IMG/VR virus record: IMGVR_UViG_3300045970_000591
Location: 1-64,000 of that record
Direction: 5' to 3' (one strand)
Length of the DNA: 64,000 nucleotides
Origin: a virus
Below the pieces are notes generated by a model. The model searched no databases and was not told the origin of the DNA. It saw nothing but the letters and a program-made list of their open reading frames with translations. This document shows positions 56,206 to 64,000 of this stretch, one piece after another; the first letter of the stretch is position 1, and every line of letters starts with the position of its first letter. The position numbers and the translations under genes were made by a program.

Positions 56206-56433
56206 ATGAATGTTAAAGAACTACTTTTCGAATTCTATGATCCTGCAGATGATCAAATGGGAATTACACACATGGATGATACAAGGCGTCCGCGACTAAC
56301 TATACTTCATTTACAGAAGCTAAGGAAGGCCCGCGATGTCGAAAAATACGAAACTGCACAGCATCTTAACTTCATTCCCGACATGTATGGACAGGCAGCA
56401 GCTCAGGAAGCTGGCGGCATGCCAGGCATGTAA
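56206..56433 (+). CDS. Small prohead-associated protein (75 aa)
   Basis: ATG 56206 after GATAAATA; position equivalent to T4 gp67/68. Confidence 0.65.
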   Translation: MNVKELLFEFYDPADDQMGITHMDDTRRPRLTILHLQKLRKARDVEKYETAQHLNFIPDMYGQAAAQEAGGMPGM

Positions 56434-56583
56434 TACTCCTGTTTTTTAGTAAATAACTAAAAAATATACAAAATGGCGTCTTTTATAGCCATTTCCACCT
56501 ACGATCGCGGCCATTTAGTTAAATAAGCTAGAACACCATTAATATGGGCTTTAAATTTTTAACTAAACAAGGAGAGGCTAGGC

Positions 56584-57633
56584 ATGTCACAACAAAAAAA
56601 GCTAGAACAGGTATTAGACCTTCTGTTATCAGAAGACTCGGACCGGGCTGCTGAATTACTACATTCTATCATTGTAGAAAAAGCAAGAACTATTTATGAA
56701 AGTATTGTCGACGAAGAAGATGACGTTGTAGGTGGCGAACCTAGCGAAGACTTCACAAACGATATCTCTGCAGATGCCGATGATATTGATTCGGACGAAC
56801 AAAACGACGGTGAAGCTGACGACAGCGAAGAAGGCGAAGAAGGCGACGATGAATTCGGCGGCGAAGAAGGCGAAGGCGAAGAAGGTGAAGGCGAAGAAGG
56901 ATCCGTGGAAGATAGGATCGAATCTTTGGAAGACCAACTTGCTCAACTAACTGCTGATTTTGAAGAAATCATGTCCGGTGGAGAAGGTGACGGCGATGCA
57001 GACGATTTCGGCGGCGAGCCTGACGGCGATGCAGACGATTTCGGCGGCGATGATGAGTTTGGTGGCGAAGAAGACTTCGGTGGCGAACAAGACTTTGGTG
57101 GCGAAGAAGACTTCGGTGGCGAACAAGACTTTGGTGGCGAAGACGGCGAAGAAAAAGTTATCGGCGAAATCACAGCAACAATGTTCGAGAAACAAAAAGC
57201 AAAGAAGGCAGTCGACGATAAGGCAGCAAAACTTAAACTTGCAGCACAAGCAAAAGACAAAAAGAAAGATAAGAAAGTCGACGAAGAAACAAAGTTTCTT
57301 AACGCAGTAGGCGATACAGGTCAAAAAGGCACAGCTAAGTTAGTCGGTACAGGTAAAGGTATGTCTTTGGGCGCTGAACAAAATCAGTCACCATATACAC
57401 ACGCACCTGCTAAGAAAGACTTCGGTGGCGGCCCAGTTAAGATTGGTAAAGGCACTGGCGGCGAGTATGGCAAATACCACGGTGATTCTGCAACAAATAA
57501 AACACCATCGGATAACGTAAAAGTAACACCGAAGAATGTTTCTACAAAAGCAGATACAACAGCTAAGTTTACCGGTGGTAAAGTAGCAGGCGATGGTTTT
57601 AGCAAATCTCCATTGTCAAAGAAACCAGCGTAA
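56584..57633 (+). CDS. Acidic prohead core / scaffold-like protein (349 aa)
   Basis: AGGAGAGG SD; D/E/G-rich centre and K-rich tail; between portal and protease. Confidence 0.75.
   Translation: MSQQKKLEQVLDLLLSEDSDRAAELLHSIIVEKARTIYESIVDEEDDVVGGEPSEDFTNDISADADDIDSDEQNDGEADDSEEGEEGDDEFGGEEGEGEEGEGEEGSVEDRIESLEDQLAQLTADFEEIMSGGEGDGDADDFGGEPDGDADDFGGDDEFGGEEDFGGEQDFGGEEDFGGEQDFGGEDGEEKVIGEITATMFEKQKAKKAVDDKAAKLKLAAQAKDKKKDKKVDEETKFLNAVGDTGQKGTAKLVGTGKGMSLGAEQNQSPYTHAPAKKDFGGGPVKIGKGTGGEYGKYHGDSATNKTPSDNVKVTPKNVSTKADTTAKFTGGKVAGDGFSKSPLSKKPA
57061..57140 (+). repeat. In-frame tandem repeats (GGEED-F/GGEQD-F, 18-bp units)
   Basis: ggtggcgaagaagacttcggtggcgaacaagacttt x2. Confidence 0.85.
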
Positions 57634-57645
57634 GGACTGACGTAA

Positions 57646-58278
57646 ATGGCAAATAAACTGTACGAATTCTTATCGTTTGATAAGGCGCATGTACAACTTC
57701 TTGAAGAAGATAACAAGATTGGTGGTAAAGATCTCTGCATGAAAGGGATCTTTATCCAAGGTGACGTAAGAAACCAAAACCAACGTGTATATCCTGCGAG
57801 AGAAATAGCCAAAGCAGTTCATTCGATTACAGAAAAGTTAAGTACCGGTCAATCAGTTATGGGCGAGCTCGACCATCCAGAAGAGCTCTCTATTAACCTA
57901 GACCGTGTTAGTCACCTCATTACAGAAATGTGGATGGAAGGTGCAGATGGATACGGTAAGCTGAAAATAGTCCCAACCCCGATGGGCAACATTATTAAGA
58001 CATTGTTGCAGTCGGGGGCGAAGTTGGGCGTTTCTTCCCGTGGTTCCGGTAATGTTGGTAATGACGGGGCAGTTTCCGAATTTGAGATTGTTACTGTTGA
58101 TATCGTTGCACAACCAAGTGCTCCAGATGCATTTCCGAGAACAGTATATGAAAGTCTTTATAACATGAAGGGTGGTTCAAATGTGATGCTGACCGCAAGA
58201 GCAGCGTTAACAGAGGCCTCTGCACAAAAACAGCTTGTTAAAGACATTCAGAGATTTATTCAAGAGTTAAAAATTTAG
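57646..58278 (+). CDS. gp21: Prohead protease
   Basis: NQNQRVYP, GELDHP, LGVSSRG and D.VA.PSAPDA motifs. Confidence 0.95.
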   Translation: MANKLYEFLSFDKAHVQLLEEDNKIGGKDLCMKGIFIQGDVRNQNQRVYPAREIAKAVHSITEKLSTGQSVMGELDHPEELSINLDRVSHLITEMWMEGADGYGKLKIVPTPMGNIIKTLLQSGAKLGVSSRGSGNVGNDGAVSEFEIVTVDIVAQPSAPDAFPRTVYESLYNMKGGSNVMLTARAALTEASAQKQLVKDIQRFIQELKI

Positions 58279-58289
58279 GAGAACTCAAG

Positions 58290-59408
58290 ATGGCAAAAAA
58301 GTTAGATGAACTCTTGAGTGAAAGCGTTGGATTATCCGAGGATACCAAAACTCAAATAGTTGGGTTATGGGAAACAAAGATCACCGAAGCGCGTGAAGAA
58401 GTTGCAGCAACACTCCGCGAGGAATTTGCACGTAAATTCGACCACGACAAAGGTGTTTTAGTTGAATCCATGGATAGGTTCTTAACAGACCAAGTCCGCG
58501 TCGAGCTCGAAGAATTCGCAGATGATAAGAGAAAACTTGTCGAAGAACGGGTAGCCTACAAAGGTAAGCTCGTAGAACACACAAAAATGTTAAACACATT
58601 TATCACAGAGTCCGTAGCTAAAGAAATGAAAGAGTTTTATTCTGAAAAGAAGGCGATGAAGGAAAACTTCACAAAACTTGAAAACTTTCTGTTGAAACAA
58701 CTTGCTGAAGAAATTCGCGAGTTCCGTGCTGATAAGAAGTCCCTTGTGGAACAAAAAGTCAAAATGGTCACAGAAGGCAAGAAGAAGCTACAAGAAACAA
58801 AGGTGAATTTTGTTAAGCGTGCAGCTCAGATTATCGAATCAAACATCGATAATACATTGCGTGCAGAAATTGGACAATTCAAAGATGACATCCGTGTCGC
58901 CCGCGAAAACGATTTCGGCCGTAAGATTTTTGAGAGCGTAGCAGCAGAATTTATGACTTCGTACTTAAACGAAGGTACAGAAATCAGCAAAATGCAAAAA
59001 ATGGTAGAATCTAAGACAAACGAATTGAAGGCAATGAGGGCGACAGTCCTTAAGAGCAAGCAACTTGTTGAATCGATGGATTCGAAGTTACGCGCATCCA
59101 AAGATTTAGTCGAAAGACAAACTGTGATGAACGAATTACTTGCCCCATTATCGAAAGATAAGCAAGGTGTAATGAAAGAATTGCTTGAGTCGGTGCAGAC
59201 AAAGAATTTACAAGGTTCGTATAACAAATACTTGCCAAGTGTTCTAAATGAAGCCGGAAATCGTAAACCTGTGTTTAAAACAACACAGTTAAATGAAGCA
59301 GCATTGTCAGCCAAGACAGGTGACAGAGCGAAGGTCGCTCAAACCGATGAAGAAACTCAAGATTCGTTGGAACTTAGTAGAATATTAGCCCTAGCCGGCA
59401 GAAAATAA
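58290..59408 (+). CDS. gp22: Prohead scaffolding protein
   Basis: Coiled-coil ORF between gp21 and gp23; AGGAG SD. Confidence 0.85.
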   Translation: MAKKLDELLSESVGLSEDTKTQIVGLWETKITEAREEVAATLREEFARKFDHDKGVLVESMDRFLTDQVRVELEEFADDKRKLVEERVAYKGKLVEHTKMLNTFITESVAKEMKEFYSEKKAMKENFTKLENFLLKQLAEEIREFRADKKSLVEQKVKMVTEGKKKLQETKVNFVKRAAQIIESNIDNTLRAEIGQFKDDIRVARENDFGRKIFESVAAEFMTSYLNEGTEISKMQKMVESKTNELKAMRATVLKSKQLVESMDSKLRASKDLVERQTVMNELLAPLSKDKQGVMKELLESVQTKNLQGSYNKYLPSVLNEAGNRKPVFKTTQLNEAALSAKTGDRAKVAQTDEETQDSLELSRILALAGRK

Positions 59409-59423
59409 TTTAGGAGAAAAATA

Positions 59424-60596
59424 ATGGCAACAAAGCTATTTGAATCAAACTGGGGCGCTACAAAACAAGCCCTTTTAGAAGGCCTATCAGGAACCCGCCG
59501 CCAATCCATGGACACAGTGTTTGAAAACACTCGTAGATATTTGGCAGAATCGGCAACTGCTGGTGCCACACAATCAGGTAATATTGCAGTTCTTAACAAA
59601 GTAATGCTACCTTTAATCCGTCGGGTTATGCCGACCGTTATCGCTAACGAAATCATGGGTGTTCAGCCTATGACAGGTCCTGTGGGTCAAATCCACACCC
59701 TGCGCGTTCGTTACGCTAACACTGCCGCTGGTGTAACAGCTGGTACAGAAGCACTTGGTCCATTCGAAATTGCTAAGGCATATTCGGGTAACGAAGTTGC
59801 TGCTAATGCCGCAGCCGCATCGACAGCACGTTTAGAAGGCGTACCAGGTAACAAGTTAAGCATCCAAATCTTGAAAGAGACCGTGGAAGCTAAGACACGT
59901 AAGTTATCAGCTCGCTGGACATTTGAAGCAGCACAAGATGCTAATGCTATTCATGGTATTGACATCGAAGCAGAAATCATGCAAGCTCTTGCACAAGAAA
60001 TCACTGTTGAAATCGACCAAGAAATGTTGTTCAAGTTAGGTAGCTTAGTGCCAGTTGCACCAACTACATTCAACCAAGCAGCAGTGTCTGGAACAGCTAC
60101 TTATGTTGGTGACGAAATGGCCGCTCTTGCAGTCATGATCAACCAGCAAGCAAACTTGATTTCCACTCGCACACGTCGCGGTGCAGCTAACTGGGCAGTT
60201 GTTTCGCCAACAGCGTTAACAATTCTTCAGTCTGCTACTACATCGACATTTGCTCGTACCACAGAAGGTACATTCGAAGCACCTACAAACACAAAGTTTG
60301 TTGGTACATTGAACAGCACAATGCGCGTGTATGTGAACCAATACGCAAGTGATGGCGACCCTATTTTGTTAGGTTACAAAGGCCCAACAGAAACAGACGC
60401 AGCAGCTTACTACTGCCCATACATTCCATTGATGAGCATCGGCCCAATCATGGATCCACAGACTTTCGAGCCAGTGGTTTCGTTCATGACACGCTATGGC
60501 TACTTGGAATTGACCAACACAGCAAACAGCTTCGGTAACGCAGCTGACTATTTGTCCAAGGTTGGAATAGACAGCAGCACATTGAAATTTTATTGA
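59424..60596 (+). CDS. gp23: Major capsid protein
   Basis: GVQPMTGP.GQI, RKLSARWTFE.AQD, E.DQE and MTRYG motifs. Confidence 0.97.
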   Translation: MATKLFESNWGATKQALLEGLSGTRRQSMDTVFENTRRYLAESATAGATQSGNIAVLNKVMLPLIRRVMPTVIANEIMGVQPMTGPVGQIHTLRVRYANTAAGVTAGTEALGPFEIAKAYSGNEVAANAAAASTARLEGVPGNKLSIQILKETVEAKTRKLSARWTFEAAQDANAIHGIDIEAEIMQALAQEITVEIDQEMLFKLGSLVPVAPTTFNQAAVSGTATYVGDEMAALAVMINQQANLISTRTRRGAANWAVVSPTALTILQSATTSTFARTTEGTFEAPTNTKFVGTLNSTMRVYVNQYASDGDPILLGYKGPTETDAAAYYCPYIPLMSIGPIMDPQTFEPVVSFMTRYGYLELTNTANSFGNAADYLSKVGIDSSTLKFY

Positions 60597-60640
60597 TCAA
60601 AAAGGAAGTATTCAACTACTTCCTCGGATAATAAAAATAA

Positions 60641-60668
60641 GAAGCCTCACTTTGTGGGGCTTTTTCTT
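60641..60668 (+). terminator. Rho-independent terminator after gp23
   Basis: AAGCCTCAC-TTT-GTGGGGCTT followed by TTTCTT. Confidence 0.85.
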
Positions 60669-60670
60669 GA

Positions 60671-62173
60671 CTATATTATATTTAATATCCATGTAGACTG
60701 GCCGCAATCCCAGTATCGTCTATACCCTGCCAAGAACATATTTTCAGCTTGAGATTTAGTTGAATCATAAGTTTTTAACCATTTCTGTAGTTGAGCTGTT
60801 TGACTTTTATGCCGCGATATAGGGTAGTTTCCGTCGGTCCAATAAAACCCTGGGGCAATATTTCTCGATAATGTAAATCCGAGTGTTTTATATAGTGCCC
60901 CTGTGAATTTACTCATGTCACAATATGATACTATTATTTTATTATTGAATATATTTTTAATGGCGTTAAATAACTTATGTGCGCCACCTACGACTATATA
61001 ATCTAATCTTGTGCATACTCTTAATAGTTCGATGTCTGCTATTTTAGAAAAACGAGATTTTCCTATGCTCATTAACATGCATAATTCATTATTAAAATAT
61101 AAACCAACGGCATACGACGATGCAATATACCCCTGCAAATGATTTCTATTTAGAAATGATTTTTCTTCTTCTTTGTCAACTTGCTTTAATACGAGTTTTC
61201 TTGCATATACCTTTGTTGAAATACCTACTTTTGTTTTGATTATAGATTTTATAATATCTGTTTTATTTGCCCACTCAAAATCGGTTATTTGTATAAGATT
61301 AATTCCAGTTTTAATAGCTAAATCGGTTTTATATTTGTGTTTATTCTTATCCTCGATTTTCGGTGTATGAGGGCAATAAGGGTTGTGCGAATGCCAATAC
61401 AGGCCATTTAATTCTATTCCCAATCTGTAATCGGAAATATAAATGTCGAGTTCTTTTGATTTTAACACCTCCCAATCACTGTGTATATATGATATGTCTA
61501 TGCTATCTAAAAATGCACAAATTTCTTTTTCTTGTATAGAGTATTGTGTTCTTTGTCGAATTGTGAAATTGTGCTTCCTACAATACTCACCCACAGTGCC
61601 ATAATATACATTTAGGTCCTGTGCAATTTCAGTTAATGATTTTTGTTTATCTATGTATTCTTTGTGCAGCCATTTTTCGTCATTTAATAATATTTCGTTT
61701 TCGGGCGTAAGTTTTGATTTTGATAATGTTTTTCTTACACTGTCTCTTTGCATACTAAAAGGTACACCGAATCGCTGAATCATTGTGTCCTCTCGTTTTT
61801 TATTTATTATATCATTTTCTTCTTTAGTAGTTTTGCTTTTTGTACTAATGACGCCTGCTGATATATTTTCCTTGGTACACTGACACTTATTTGCAGGTCC
61901 ACAACACACCCATCCTTCGGATATTCTATTGAGCGTTTTTTTATTACCGTATTTACAAATATTACTTTCGCCGTTTAGCGCAGAGTATATTACTGTAGGA
62001 TAATGAGTTGATTCGATTAACGTATTATTACTTACCCAAGATGACATATCACTTGATTTTTTAATAATCGATGAGTAATGTTTCGGTTTTTCTTTTATAA
62101 TATTTAAAATCTTAGCTCTCATATAACCTTTGATGTTACAGCTTATTATACCGTATTTATGACCTCTAATCAA
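60671..62173 (-). mobile_element. Free-standing Hef-like homing endonuclease gene (500 aa)
   Basis: HTH-like SLTEIAQDLNV; ELDIY....GIELNGLYWH nuclease motif; C-terminal FL..NHLQG...ELLR...GGA.KL...SY.D domain; antisense to the neighbouring capsid genes. Confidence 0.7.
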
Positions 62174-62222
62174 GAATCCTAATATTTAAAATGAAGATAA
62201 ATAAAGTAATCGGAGTTAATAA

Positions 62223-64000
62223 ATGGTAATCAAAGTCAGCACACTGCTAAAAAGCACTACATCACTATCAGCTGATCCAGCACCCAAACTATTTGCGCCA
62301 TTAGACACAAATAACTTTGCTATTGCAAACGGTGTAAATCCTGTAACAATATCATCAAATAAATATCCAACAACACAAGGCAGTAACGGACAAGTTTTAA
62401 CGACAGACGGCACAGGCAACCTATCTTGGGGTGCAGGTGGCGGAAGTGGCTATAGTGGCTATAGCGGATTTAGAGGCTTATCTGGATATTCGGGATTAAA
62501 TGGTACCTCTGTTGCATTAAAAGGATCTGTTGCAAACTTTGCAGCACTGCCGTTGGTTGCTACCGCAGGTGATTTATGGGTTACATTGGATACAGGTCAC
62601 GGTTGGGTGTCGGACGGTGCAAACGGCTGGTCAGATGTGGGGCAGATTCAAGGACCAACTGGTATAACAGGCACAAGCGGATATTCAGGTACAAGTGGAT
62701 ATAGCGGTACTAATGGTGCATTTGGTTTCAGTGGATTCAGCGGTACGTCGGGTTATAGTGGCTTTAGCGGTACATCTGGTTTAGATGGAACAAGTGGCTA
62801 CAGCGGTGTAAGTGGTTACAGCGGCATTGACGGTGCAGTGGGCACAAGTGGCTACAGCGGGTGGTCAGGTATTAGCGGCGCAAGCGGTTATAGTGGTGTA
62901 AGTGGTTCAAATGGAACTAATGGAACATCCGGTGTAAGTGGATATAGCGGCATCAGTGGAACAAATGGCTACAGTGGCGCAACAGGAACAAGTGGCTATA
63001 GTGGCGCAACAGGAACAAGCGGTTTCAGTGGTTATAGTGGTGCCGGTGCGGTATTAGGCACAGACATTCAGCGTTGCGGTTTCTTAAATCAGACAGAAAC
63101 AACTATTGCCTTCGATGGTACTAATACATTTACGTTAGGTGATGCAGGATCTGGTTGGTCATATTACCTAAACGGTACAAAATACACTGTTTCGGGTGCT
63201 AAGACTGTCACTTTAAGTGCCACACCTCCCGCTGCAAAAGCAGTTTATTTTATTAGTATTTCAAATAACACAACAGGTACATTAAGTGTTTCGACTACTG
63301 CCTGGGATTTAACTGATCCACTCACAATACCTGTTGCAATAGTTAACTGGGATAATTCACTAACTCCTAAGTTTTGGTTAGCAGATGAGCGCCACTCAAC
63401 TAAGATTGATCGTAGGGTGCATTATTACCTACACTCAACACAAGGTACAAAAGTACAGACAAGTGGTGCTATAGCAGGATATACTGTTTCACCAGCAGTT
63501 CCTACTAATGTAAACAATACATTCTCTATAGGCGCAACAGTAATCGAAGACGAAGATATTATTCTAAGTCTTGCAGCATTAGCAGACCCGAACGGCACTG
63601 CAACAGATTATGTAAATCTATATAGAACAGCAGCATCAACCTATGCATGGGCAGTATCTGCATTACCATATCCGTCATCTGCTACATTTATTCAATATGA
63701 TAATGCTGGCACACTAACAACAGGCGTTACAGGTAGATTCTATAACTCATATCTATTATATACTGACTACGAAGGTGCAGGACGTTACTTAATGGTGCCC
63801 GGTAGAGCCCAGTTTACAACTTTAGCCCTTGCACAAGCAGAGAGCCCATCAACATTTGATTGGACAGGTATTGGCATCTCTGAGTTTGTAATAGCCTACC
63901 AATTCACATGGTTTACTGATGTTGCATATACAACAACAGGTAGGGCTAGATTAGCAGCGACACCAGTTAAAGTAAATATATCAACAGTAAGCGCAACTGC
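62223..64000 (+). CDS. Fibre protein with Gly-X-Ser collagen-like repeats (truncated by the window end)
   Basis: ATG 62223 after GATAAATA and GGAG; long (G-Y/T/F-S)n run; frame appears open to 64000 in spot translation. Confidence 0.8.
   Translation, partial: MVIKVSTLLKSTTSLSADPAPKLFAPLDTNNFAIANGVNPVTISSNKYPTTQGSNGQVLTTDGTGNLSWGAGGGSGYSGYSGFRGLSGYSGLNGTSVALKGSVANFAALPLVATAGDLWVTLDTGHGWVSDGANGWSDVGQIQGPTGITGTSGYSGTSGYSGTNGAFGFSGFSGTSGYSGFSGTSGLDGTSGYSGVSGYSGIDGAVGTSGYSGWSGISGASGYSGVSGSNGTNGTSGVSGYSGISGTNGYSGATGTSGYSGATGTSGFSGYSGAGAVLGTDIQRCGFLNQTETTIAFDGTNTFTLGDAGSGWSYYLNGTKYTVSGAKTVTLSATPPAAKAVYFISISNNTTGTLSVSTTAWDLTDPLTIPVAIVNWDNSLTPKFWLADERHSTKIDRRVHYYLHSTQGTKVQTSGAIAGYTVSPAVPTNVNNTFSIGATVIEDEDIILSLAALADPNGTATDYVNLYRTAASTYAWAVSALPYPSSATFIQYDNAGTLTTGVTGRFYNSYLLYTDYEGAGRYLMVPGRAQFTTLALAQAESPSTFDWTGIGISEFVIAYQFTWFTDVAYTTTGRARLAATPVKVNISTVSAT

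Noticed and set aside
1-64000. Stop-codon reassignment
   Set aside because: TAG, TGA and TAA all end genes at sensible, coupled boundaries, and core genes are intact in code 11.
1-64000. tRNA or rRNA genes
   Set aside because: No cloverleaf with T-loop and D-loop consensus or rRNA-like tract was found by eye; a tRNAscan run would be needed to exclude them.

Overview
This window is from a large, AT-rich, T4-like myophage read in the standard genetic code. From about 16.6 kb to 64 kb it carries a recognisable virion and replication core: two tail fibres, a 2962-aa baseplate protein, gp6, gp25, gp5 with lysozyme, gp53, late sigma factor gp55, gp47/gp46, a Dam-like methylase, a Holliday junction resolvase, a GH108 endolysin, gp26, tape measure, portal gp20, protease gp21, scaffold gp22, major capsid gp23, a Hef-like endonuclease and a Gly-X-Ser fibre that runs off the end. 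The first 15 kb is the unusual part. (1) From about 0.75 to 4.7 kb, early genes sit in blocks that lack TC and CC, and mostly GA and GG too. Two ORFs (203 aa and 108 aa) therefore contain no D, E, G, P or W, and the genes are driven by promoters with a TGTAACA box. (2) From 5.2 to 14.7 kb there are 31 tandem, translationally coupled small paralogues ending in DAVxF(K/R)LKFG. Near-identical 33-55 bp DNA repeats span their gene junctions and flank unrelated middles, which resembles a recombining cassette library. Other candidates are a ~660-nt structured ncRNA (49150-49815) and a programmed -1 frameshift at the end of gp26. All assignments come from motif recognition by eye; no database searches were run.
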